Source: an uncultured delta proteobacterium
GTDB lineage: Bacteria > Desulfobacterota > Deferrimicrobia > Deferrimicrobiales > Deferrimicrobiaceae
Assembly (NCBI GenBank): GCA_963760885.1
Contig: CAVXEY010000008.1
Coordinates: 255,022 to 319,021, forward strand
Length of the DNA stretch: 64,000 nucleotides
Reading direction: 5' to 3'
The notes beneath the pieces are model-generated. The model did no database searches, was not told the origin of the DNA, and worked only from the letters and a program-made list of their open reading frames with translations. This document shows positions 18,945 to 30,900 of this stretch, piece after piece. The translations under genes were made by a program, and so were the position numbers. Positions within the stretch are counted from its first letter, which is position 1, and each line of letters begins with the position of its first letter.

Positions 18945-21074
18945 TCAGGCCCCCGCCTCCGCGCGAAGCAGGTTCCTCCTGCGGATCCACTGGCTTCCGA
19001 TCGCCAGGGCTCCCAGCCCCACCCCGACCGTGTCCGTGGCCAGCCCGGGAACGATGAGACAGAGCGCGGCCGCGACGAAGACGGCGCGCTCGTAATATTT
19101 CGCCTGGGTCACGAAGTACCCGATCGCCCCCGCCCCCAGGAAGATGATCCCCACGACGGCGGTCAGCGTGATCTCGACTGCGTGGTACGTGGTCGTGTTG
19201 AGGAGCAGGAGCGAGTTGTCGTAAACGAAGATGAAGGGAACCAGGAAGCCGGCCAGGGCCAGTCGGAACGCGACGAACCCGGTCTTCGTGGGATCCGCCT
19301 TCGCGATCCCGGCGGCGGCGAAGGCCGCCAGCGCCACCGGCGGGGTGAGATCGGCGAGCAGCCCGTAGTAGAAGACGAACATGTGCGACACCAGGGGAGG
19401 CACGGCGAACATCGCGAGCGCGGGCGCGGCCATCGTGGAGGTGATGATGTAGTTCGGGATCGTGGGGACGCCCATCCCCAGGACCAGCGAGGCCAGCATC
19501 GTGAAACAGAGGGTAAGGAACAGTATCCCGTGCGCCAGCGAGGTGATGGCGCCGGAGAGCTTCACGCCGAACCCGGTCATGGTCGCCACTCCCACGACGA
19601 TTCCGATCACGGCGCAGGCGGTTGCCACCCCGAGCGCGCTCCGCGCGCCGTTGTGAAGGCTCCTCACGAGCTCGAACAGGGTCGTTCGGGTCGCAGGCCG
19701 GAACAGGCACAGCACGGCCAGGAATCCGTGAAGGGCCAGCACGCCGGGGAGGTTGTACCGGTAGATCAGGGTCCCCCCGACCGCCACCGCCGCCGCGGTC
19801 AGCCCCCGGAACGCGGGGCTTTTGTGTACCTCCACCAGCCTCCGGACCATGATCAGGGCGATGGCGAGGACGATGCCGTAGAACCCCGCGAACAGGGGGG
19901 TGTACCCCGCAAGGAGCAGGTAGATCAGCGCCGCCAGCGGGACCAGGAGGAACCACCCGTTCGCGATGACGCGGGAAAACTTCGGAAGGTCGGCCCGGGG
20001 AATCCCTTTGAGCCCGGTCCTCCCGGCCTCGAAATGGACCATCACCGCCACCCCGAGGAAGTACAGGACGGCGGGGATCACGGCGGCCTTGCAGATCTCG
20101 ATGTACGGGATCCCCAGGGTGTCCGCCATGATGAAGGCCACGGCGCCCATGACCGGCGGCATGATCTGCCCCCCCATGGAGGCGGTCGCCTCGACGGCTC
20201 CGGCGAACTCCGGGCGGAATCCGGTCCGCTTCATGAGGGGGATGGTGAAAGCGCCGGTGGTGACGACGTTGGCGATGGCCGAGCCGTTCACCGTCCCCAG
20301 AAGGGCGCTCGAGAAGATGGCGACCTTCGCCGGCCCCCCTTTCGTGTGCCCCGCCAGGCACATCGCAAGATCGGAGAAGAAACCGATGATCCCCGCCTGC
20401 TCGAGGTAGGCGCCCAGGAGGATGAACAGGAAGATATAGGTGGCGGAGACGCCGAGCGGAATTCCGAAGATCCCCTCGGTTGTCAGGTACATGTAATCCG
20501 CGATCTCGTTTACGGAGTATCCCCGGTGCCCGAAGATGCCCGGCATGTAGGGGCCGAAGTACGCGTACAGGAGGAACACGACGGAAAGGATCACCATCGG
20601 CAACCCGATGACCCGGCGGCTGGCCTCCATGACGAGGAGGATGCAGGCGAAGGCCAGGGCCAGGTCCGTCGTCGACGGCATCCCGGCGCGAAGAACGATC
20701 TGCTGGTAATCCAGGAAGATGTACAGACCGACCCCGGCGCCCGCCACCGCCAGCGCGAAGTCGAGCGGCGGGACCCCTTCGGCCCGGGTCTTCCGCCCGG
20801 GCCGAAGGGGGTACAGCAGGAAGGCAAGCGACAGGACGAAAGCGAGGTGGATCGCCCGCTGCACATGGGCGTTGAGGAGCCCGACCCCCGCCGTGTAGAC
20901 CTGGAAGAGGGACATCCCCACCGCGATGGCGAAGACGACCCACTTCCACACCCCCCCGAGGTCGCGGAAGCGGAACTCCGGGTCGTACTTCGCGATCGTC
21001 CGTTCGATGTCGAGGTGTTCGACTTCCGTCACCACCTCGAGGTCCCGACGAACCTCGTCCCCGATCTCCGTCAT
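18945..21074 (-). CDS. TAXI-type TRAP transporter fused permease (DctQ-DctM fusion, 4TM/12TM)
   Basis: 709 aa with ~18 TM segments in DctM-like hydrophobic repeat patterns. GAGGGA RBS; convergent with the gdh stop. Confidence 0.85.
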   Translation of the reverse strand: MTEIGDEVRRDLEVVTEVEHLDIERTIAKYDPEFRFRDLGGVWKWVVFAIAVGMSLFQVYTAGVGLLNAHVQRAIHLAFVLSLAFLLYPLRPGRKTRAEGVPPLDFALAVAGAGVGLYIFLDYQQIVLRAGMPSTTDLALAFACILLVMEASRRVIGLPMVILSVVFLLYAYFGPYMPGIFGHRGYSVNEIADYMYLTTEGIFGIPLGVSATYIFLFILLGAYLEQAGIIGFFSDLAMCLAGHTKGGPAKVAIFSSALLGTVNGSAIANVVTTGAFTIPLMKRTGFRPEFAGAVEATASMGGQIMPPVMGAVAFIMADTLGIPYIEICKAAVIPAVLYFLGVAVMVHFEAGRTGLKGIPRADLPKFSRVIANGWFLLVPLAALIYLLLAGYTPLFAGFYGIVLAIALIMVRRLVEVHKSPAFRGLTAAAVAVGGTLIYRYNLPGVLALHGFLAVLCLFRPATRTTLFELVRSLHNGARSALGVATACAVIGIVVGVATMTGFGVKLSGAITSLAHGILFLTLCFTMLASLVLGMGVPTIPNYIITSTMAAPALAMFAVPPLVSHMFVFYYGLLADLTPPVALAAFAAAGIAKADPTKTGFVAFRLALAGFLVPFIFVYDNSLLLLNTTTYHAVEITLTAVVGIIFLGAGAIGYFVTQAKYYERAVFVAAALCLIVPGLATDTVGVGLGALAIGSQWIRRRNLLRAEAGA

Positions 21075-21108
21075 CCGCCGCCCGCCGTCCCTCGCGGTCC
21101 GCGATCCG

Positions 21109-22077
21109 TTACTTTATCAGGCCCTTCTCCCGGTAATACTTCGCCGCGCCGGGGTGCAGCGGAACGGGCAACCCTTTCGCCGCGTTCTCCAGCTTGATCC
21201 CCTTCGCGGCCGCGTGCGCCTGAACGAGCCGGTCGAGGTTCTCGAACATCGCCTTGGTGATCTCGTACACGGTCTCATCGTCCAGGTCCGCCCGGACGAT
21301 GAGGAAGTTCGGGATGCCCACGCTCGACACGTCGTGGTCCTGCCCCTTGTAGGTCCCCTTCGGGATGACGGCGGGTACGAAGAAGGGAGTCTCCTTGTCC
21401 AGGACCTTCAGCAGTTCGCCCTCGATGGGGACGAGGGTGATGTCCTGCGACGTGGCGATGTCCATGATCCCGGGGTTGGGCAGGCCCGAACTCATCAGGG
21501 TGACGTCGATCGCCCGGTTCTTCATCTGGTCGGCGCTCTCCGAGAAGCTCAGGTAGTCGGTCCGTCCGAAATCCCCGTAGGACATCCCGGCGGCCGCGAA
21601 GATCTGGCGCGCGTTGATCTCGGTGCCGGAGCCCGGCGCCCCGACGGAGACCTTCTTCCCTTTCAGGTCGGTGAGCTTCGTGATCCCGGAATCCTTGCGC
21701 GCCACGATCTGGATCGTGTTCGCGTAGATGTTCGCGATGACCCGGAGGTTCGTCAGCGGCTTCGTGAAACCGCCGAGCTTCTCCCCCTTGTAGCCGTACG
21801 ACAGCGTGTCGCCCAGCACGAGGGCGATGTCGCTCTTCCCGTCGTTGACCATGATGCAGTTGACCTTCGACGCCGCCGTCACTTCCGCGGAGGCGTTGTA
21901 CCCGACCAGCTTCTTGTTGATGATGTCGGCCAGCCCCGCGCCGATCGGGAAGTACGCGCCCCCCGTGCCCCCGGTGGCGATCGAGATGAATTTCGGCGCG
22001 GCCCACGCCGCGGTCGACAGAACCAGAACGCACGCGACGGCGATCCCCACTCCTGCCTTGAAGCGTTTCATCGACAT
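21109..22077 (-). CDS. TAXI family TRAP transporter solute-binding protein
   Basis: Signal peptide plus ISIATGGTGGAYFPIGAGLADI, the characteristic TAXI receptor N-terminus. AAGGAGG RBS. Confidence 0.8.
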   Translation of the reverse strand: MSMKRFKAGVGIAVACVLVLSTAAWAAPKFISIATGGTGGAYFPIGAGLADIINKKLVGYNASAEVTAASKVNCIMVNDGKSDIALVLGDTLSYGYKGEKLGGFTKPLTNLRVIANIYANTIQIVARKDSGITKLTDLKGKKVSVGAPGSGTEINARQIFAAAGMSYGDFGRTDYLSFSESADQMKNRAIDVTLMSSGLPNPGIMDIATSQDITLVPIEGELLKVLDKETPFFVPAVIPKGTYKGQDHDVSSVGIPNFLIVRADLDDETVYEITKAMFENLDRLVQAHAAAKGIKLENAAKGLPVPLHPGAAKYYREKGLIK

Positions 22078-22550
22078 CCTCCTTTTCGTGGTGGTTCTTC
22101 TTCCACCCTTATGGTGACGACACCTTCACCGAACACGGAATTCAGGTCGACGGCCCGCCCCCCCACGTGCAGGACGTGCGGGGAAATGTCGGAGAGCCGC
22201 ACCCGCAGATCACCGACCGGAACCCGCCGCCCCTCGATGCGCATCTTCCCGCCTTTCAGCCGGAAAACCTCCCCGTCGGCAAGACGGTCCGGCAGACCCG
22301 CGCCGGCGGATTCGAACGTCGACGCCGTGAGAAGAATCACCCCGCAGGGTCCGACCGAGTACGTCTCGCGCCATTCCGTCCGCTCGACCGAGTGCGCCCA
22401 GGACAATTCGAAGACGTTCCCCGGAAGAGGGAAGCGGACGCTCTTCGCCGCACCGTCGACCCGGAGGGTGAACCCCCCGGCGAAGGAAACGGCCGCCCAC
22501 GCCATCGCCGCGACCCACAGGAACCCCGAGGCTGTCGTCTTCCGGTTCAC
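22068..22550 (-). CDS. DUF1850-like protein associated with TAXI-TRAP systems
   Basis: About 160 aa with an N-terminal hydrophobic segment. Its stop overlaps the TAXI receptor start. Start is ambiguous (GTG 22550 or upstream ATG 22592). Confidence 0.5.
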   Translation of the reverse strand: MNRKTTASGFLWVAAMAWAAVSFAGGFTLRVDGAAKSVRFPLPGNVFELSWAHSVERTEWRETYSVGPCGVILLTASTFESAGAGLPDRLADGEVFRLKGGKMRIEGRRVPVGDLRVRLSDISPHVLHVGGRAVDLNSVFGEGVVTIRVEEEPPRKGGCR

Positions 22551-22787
22551 CGCAACGATATCCAGGCCCCCACCGCACCCACGTGTCGGCACGACGCATT
22601 ATATCCAATGGCAAACGACGTTTCAAAATAAAATCCCCCCGATTCTTCCCGAAATATCCTCCCGCCGCCCCGGCCCCTGCACACTGTATCCATTGACATT
22701 TCCTCGGCGTTCATCCTATTCTTAGCCCATTCCGGCATCTTGTCGCGACCCCTAAGGCCGCAGAAAATCCACCAATGAGGGAGGCTC

Positions 22788-23453
<666 letters not shown>

Positions 23454-23466
23454 GGGAGGAAACACC

Positions 23467-25382
<1,916 letters not shown>

Positions 25383-25383
<1 letters not shown>

Positions 25384-26186
25384 TGAGCGCGCAAACTTCC
25401 GAACACGGGACGATGACACTGAAGCTGATCGTCTGGCGGCAGAAAGGGCCGGGAGACCGCGGCCGTTTCGAGACGTACGTCGCCAGGGACATCACCCCGC
25501 ATCACTCCTTCCTCGAGATGCTCGACGTGGTGAACGAGGACCTGATCAAGGCGGGGAAGGATCCGATCGCCTTCGACCACGACTGCCGGGAGGGGATCTG
25601 CGGAACGTGCTCCACCGTCGTCAACGGGGTTCCCCACGGCGGGCAGGAGCGGACCACCCTCTGCCAGCTCCACATGCGGAAGTTCAAGGACGGCGACGCG
25701 ATCTACCTCGAGCCGTGGCGGGCGCGCGCCTTCCCGATCATCCGCGACCTGGTGGTGGACCGCGGGGCGCTGGACAAGCTGATCCAGGAGGCCGGCTACG
25801 TGTCCTGCCACACCGGCGGCGTCCCCGACGCCAACGCGATCCCGATCTCGAAGCCCGATTCCGACTACGCGATGGACGCGGCGGAGTGCATCGGCTGCGG
25901 GGCGTGCGTGGCGGCGTGCCCCAACGGCGCGGCGATGCTCTTCGCCGGGGCGAAGGTGTCCCAGTTCGCGGCCCTTCCCCAGGGCCAGGTGGAGGCGCCG
26001 GAGCGCGTCGCCGCCATGGTCAATGCGATGAGGGATTGCGGCTTCGGGAACTGCACGAACCATTACGAGTGCCAGGCGGCGTGCCCGAAGGGGATCGACG
26101 TGAAGTTCATCGCCCGCCTCAACCGGGAGTTCCACAAGGCCCTGTTCAAGGCGAAGGCGGGGACGTTCACCCCGGTCGGGGAATAA
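25383..26186 (+). CDS. sdhB: Succinate dehydrogenase/fumarate reductase iron-sulfur subunit
   Basis: 2Fe-2S cluster CREGICGTC plus 4Fe-4S/3Fe-4S cysteine clusters ([21 protein letters not shown]). Confidence 0.9.
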
Positions 26187-26212
26187 TCGCGGCGAGGACC
26201 GGTTCGCGTCGG

Positions 26213-26257
26213 GAACGGCCACGGGGCAGGGGCGGAAGCGCCCCTGCCCCGTTTCGT
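26213..26257 (+). terminator. Rho-independent terminator after sdhB
   Basis: GGGGCAGGGGCG-gaa-GCGCCCCTGCCCC hairpin followed by GTTTCGTT. Confidence 0.6.
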
Positions 26258-26281
26258 TCCGGACGGTAAGGAGACACGACC

Positions 26282-27337
26282 ATGCACATGGCGGACGCGC
26301 TGCTCTCCCCCGCCGTGGGGGCCGCCTTCTGGGCCGGGACGATCGGCACGATCGGCTACGCGTCGAAGAAGCTGGCGGGACATATCGACGACCGGAAGAT
26401 TCCGCTGATGGGGGTGGTGGGCGCCTTCATCTTCGCATCCCAGATGATCAACTTCACGATCCCCGGCACCGGGTCGAGCGGACACCTCGGGGGCGGGATG
26501 ATCCTGGCGATCCTCCTCGGGCCGCACGCCGCCTTCCTGGTCATGGCCTCGGTGCTGACGGTCCAGGCGCTCTTCTTCGCCGACGGCGGTCTGCTCGCGC
26601 TGGGGTGCAACATCTGGAACCTCGGGATCTACCCGTGCTTCGTCGCCTACCCGCTCGTCTACAAGCCGCTGTCGGGGGACGGCCGGAGCGCCCGACGCAT
26701 CCTCGTCGCGTCGTTGGCGAGCGGGATCGTCGCGCTCCAGCTGGGCGCCTTCTCGGTCGTCCTGCAGACGCTCCTGTCGGGGAAGACCGCGCTCCCGTTC
26801 GGCACATTCCTCCTGATGATGCAGCCGATCCACTTCGCCATCGGGATCGTCGAAGGGTTCGTCACGGCGGGCGTCGTCAACTACGTCCGGGCGGTCCGTC
26901 CCGAGATCCTCGACAGCACCGCCTCCTCCGCACCGCTCGCCGCGGGGGTCTCCCTCCGGAACGTCCTGATCGGCTTCGCCGCCCTCGCGTTCGTTGCGGG
27001 AGGGGCGCTGTCGTGGTTCGCGTCGGCCCACCCCGACGGGCTGGAATGGGCGATCACGAAGGTGACCGGCAAAGGGGAACTCCCCGATCAGGAGCGCGGC
27101 ATCCCGGCGGCGTTGAAGAGCGTGCAGGAGAAAACGGCCTTTCTTCCCGGGTACGGCCGCAAGCCGCCGGCGAACGAGCCGGGGGAAAAGAAGGAGGCGC
27201 CGTCCTGGCCGTCCGTCGACGCGGGCACCTCGGCCTCGGGATTGATCGGCGGCGTACTGGTCCTCGCGATGGCTTTCGGGATCGGTTGGGTGGTCCGGAC
27301 CTGTCGACGCCTGGCAAAGCCGCCGCGGTCCGGCTGA
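26282..27337 (+). CDS. cbiM: CbiM/NikM-type ECF transporter substrate-capture subunit with a C-terminal PDGLE domain
   Basis: N-terminal MHMADALLS (cf. CbiM MHIMEG), 5-6 TM segments, the C-terminal HPDGLEW motif, and a final TM. No adjacent cbiQ/cbiO. Confidence 0.75.
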   Translation: MHMADALLSPAVGAAFWAGTIGTIGYASKKLAGHIDDRKIPLMGVVGAFIFASQMINFTIPGTGSSGHLGGGMILAILLGPHAAFLVMASVLTVQALFFADGGLLALGCNIWNLGIYPCFVAYPLVYKPLSGDGRSARRILVASLASGIVALQLGAFSVVLQTLLSGKTALPFGTFLLMMQPIHFAIGIVEGFVTAGVVNYVRAVRPEILDSTASSAPLAAGVSLRNVLIGFAALAFVAGGALSWFASAHPDGLEWAITKVTGKGELPDQERGIPAALKSVQEKTAFLPGYGRKPPANEPGEKKEAPSWPSVDAGTSASGLIGGVLVLAMAFGIGWVVRTCRRLAKPPRSG

Positions 27338-27363
27338 TCGGTTTGCCTTATGAAAGTACCGGT

Positions 27364-27927
27364 TCAGGTCAAGCAGCCCCCCTGTGACCGGTTCCTCCTC
27401 GAGCAACCATTCCTGAAACCAGCGATCTCCTCGCCGGATTGGATGTAGTTGATCCTGTCGAACGTGATCCCGGTGTCCTTGTTGATCTCACTCGAGATCA
27501 GGTGTTCGACGAACTCGCGCTTGGGGTCGGGTGTCGAAAAACGGATTCCCGACGGCAGCGCCCCCGGGTAATAGCCCACATCCTCCAGATCCATACCCAG
27601 GTACCACGACCGCATGATCCCCTTCCGCGTATCCCGGGGGAGAAAATCGAGGAAATAACTTTCCCCCTCGATCCGGAGCCTGTCCATGTAGAGCCTTTCG
27701 ACCAGCTGGTGTCCGACCGTTCCGTAGACATCGAACCCGGCGACGAGCGCGTAGTAGATACGTTCCAGGAGCGGGTAATCGATCACCCAGAGGGTCTTCG
27801 GCAGATTCCCCAGCGCCCCCTTGTGCACCGATGCGCTGTCGAAATGACGGTAGACCGTCAGGACCGGCGCATCGGATGCGCGGTTCCCCTTCCAGATCGC
27901 GTCGTAACCGAGTCCGCCGTAATTCAA
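27364..27927 (-). CDS. Hypothetical protein (187 aa, TTG start); not recognised
   Basis: ORF only; no strong RBS. It sits 30 nt downstream of the ndvB stop, in a different frame. Confidence 0.3.
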   Translation of the reverse strand: MNYGGLGYDAIWKGNRASDAPVLTVYRHFDSASVHKGALGNLPKTLWVIDYPLLERIYYALVAGFDVYGTVGHQLVERLYMDRLRIEGESYFLDFLPRDTRKGIMRSWYLGMDLEDVGYYPGALPSGIRFSTPDPKREFVEHLISSEINKDTGITFDRINYIQSGEEIAGFRNGCSRRNRSQGGCLT

Positions 27928-27958
27928 AGGGCAATCGCGATAACAGGAACGATCGAAC

Positions 27959-30900
27959 TCATCGGGGTTCCCTTCGGGAAGCGGGTTCTATCAACACCGA
28001 ATGGTTCCGGCGGTCGTCGACAAGGGGAATCGCCTCGTCCCGCAGTTCAACCCCGTCCATGGTCACGATCGTCCGTTCCTCCCCCGCGGGTAGTTGCCGA
28101 ACGTCGATTTCGTGGACCGTCTCGCGATACCGGTAATACACCTTGAACCCTTTCCATCCCGGCGGGAGGCATGGAGCAAAGCGCAGCCGGTCCACTTCCA
28201 GCGTCAGGCCCAGGAGGGATTCCACGATCAGGCGGTACATCCAGCCGGCCGAGCCCGTGTACCAGGTCCATCCTCCGCGCCCGGTGTGCGGCGGGAGCGC
28301 GTAGACGTCGGCGGCGACCACGTACGGTTCCACTTTGTAGATCGCCACCCCTTCCGGGGACTTCGAGTGGGTCACCGGGTTGATGATCCCCAGCAGCTCC
28401 CACGCGCGCCGGCTGTCCCCCAGCGCCGCGAACGCCATCGCCGTCCAGATCGCCCCATGCGTGTACTGGCCGCCGTTTTCCCTCACGCCCGGGACGTACC
28501 CCTTGATGTAGCCGGGATTCAGGGCCGATTTGTCGAACGGCGGATCCAGGAGCTGGATCAACGCGTCGTCGCGGCGAACGAGGCGCTGATCCACCGCCTC
28601 CATCGCCATGCGGGATCGCCCGGCATCGCCGGCCCCGGAGAGTACCGACCAGCTTTGCGCGATCGAATCGATCCGGCATTCGGCATTGGTCGCCGACCCG
28701 AGCGGCGTGCCGTCGTCGAAGTACGCCCGGCGGTACCACTCCCCGTCCCAGCCGTTCTGCTCGATATTCCGGCGCACCTGGGCCGCCTCCTTCCGGCAGC
28801 GATCGGCGAAGGCCGCGTCACCGGCCTGGAGCGCAACCCCGGCGAACCGCGTCAGCACTTCGTACAGGAAGAATCCCAGCCAGACGCTTTCCCCTTTGCC
28901 GTGCTCTCCCACGAGGTTCATCCCGTCGTTCCAGTCCCCGGACCCCATGAGCGGCAGGCCGTGCGTACCGGTGCCGAGACCTCTCAGGATGGCCCGCCTG
29001 CAATGTTCGTACAGGGGGGCCGCTTCCTCCGACCGGACGGGAAGATCGTAGTAGGAATCCTCCTCCGCGTTCACGGGGCGCCCTTCGATGAAGTGGACGT
29101 GTTCGTCCAGCACGCCGGTATCCCCCGTGCTCAGAACGTAACGGCACGTCGCCAGGGGGAGCCAGAGGAAATCGTCGGAACATTTCGTGCGCACTCCCCG
29201 GCCCGAGGGGGGATGCCACCAGTGCTGTACGTCCCCCTCGCGGAACTGGCGACCCGCGCACCGCAGCAGATGTTCGCGCAGAAGGCGCGGCTCCGAGTGC
29301 ACCAGCGCCATGGTGTCCTGCAGCTGGTCGCGGAACCCGAAGGCGCCCCCCGACTGGTAGTACCCGCTCCGGGCAAAGAGACGGGACGCGAGAACCTGGT
29401 ATTGGAGCCATCCGTTGGCCAGGACGTTGACGGCCGGGTCGGGGGTTTCCACCTGCACGGCGCCGAGGGTATGCTTCCAGTATTGCCAGACCGATTCCTG
29501 CACCTCGCGCGCCGCGGCGGATCCGCGGAAGCGACCCACCAGGTTCCTGGCGTCGTCCGCGTTCTTCCCCGCCCCAAGCCGGAAGACGATCTCGCGCTCC
29601 TGACCGTCGGCCAGTTCGAACGGCACCTGGATCGCGGCGCAGGGGTCCAGGGCGGCCCCCACCTTGCCCGAAAGCCGCGCGCGGGCCATGGCGGCCGGGC
29701 TCCGAAGCGAGCCGTTGCGTCCGAGGAATTCCACCCGGTCCCCGCTTACGGTCCGGGCCGGATCGTCCACGTCGAAGAACGCGACCCGGCCGTCGAACTC
29801 GGTGTTGTAGGAGTTCCGCGCAAGGAGCGCTCCGCTGCCGGGCTCGATCCGGGTGACCACGTGCATCGCCGATTTCGGCCGCAGATCCCCCAGCACCCAT
29901 TCCACGTATCCCGTGGCGGAGAGTTTGCGCGATCGGCCGGACTCGTTCCGCACTTTCAACACGGAGAACTTGACCGGCGCGTCCATGGCCACGTAAACCC
30001 GCAGCTCCGAGCGGATGCCGCCCTCCGCGTACTCGAAGACGCTGTAGCCGAATCCGTGCCGGGTGACGTACGGCTGCCTCCCGCGGCAGGGCAGCGGCGT
30101 GGGGGACCAGAAGCGGCCGCTCTCCTCGTCACGGATGTAAATCGCCTCCCCGCCCGAATCGCACACGGGGTCGTTGTTCCAGGGGGTGAGGCGGAATTCG
30201 TGCGCGTTTTCGCTCCACGTGTACGACTGGCCGCTTTCCGAGAGGATGCACCCGAAGTCCGGATTCGCCAGCACGTTCACCCACGGCGCCGGCGTCTCCT
30301 CCCCGTGCGCGGTCGAAATCACGTATTCGCGCCCATCCGGCGTGAACCCTCCCAATCCATTGAAGAAGATCAGGTCCCGCGGGGGCGGCCCGGACGGGGG
30401 CGGGGTTTCGTCGCGGCGATTCCGGGAAGGCCGGAGAGGCGGAACCGGCACCTCCGCGACCCTGCGGCGGTGGATCTGGTCCCACAGCGTTCCCCGGCTG
30501 TCGGTGAGGATGACGCGGGAGACCGTCTGGAACAGGACCCGGTCCTCGCTCGATATCTGGTCGCCGATCCGCAGGAAGATGCCGCCCGGCCGATCCGTGA
30601 ACCTCGCTTCCAGGCCCGCGGCGATCAGCCCCTGGATCTGTTCCTGGAGCATCTGCCGGTAACCGGCGTGGTCTTCGTTCCAGATCACCAGGTCCACCGC
30701 CAGCCCTTTCAACCGCCAGTACGCGTGGGCCTCCACGAGCTGGCGCACCAGCTCGATGTTGGACGGGTCTCCGATCTGCAGCAGCACGATCGGAAAATCG
30801 CCGGATATGGAGTAGCCCCACAGGCCGGATTGTCCGCGGCGGTTCTTGCCGAGGAGGCTCGCGTCGGCGCGCAGCAACGGATTGGCGTAGATGACGGAGC

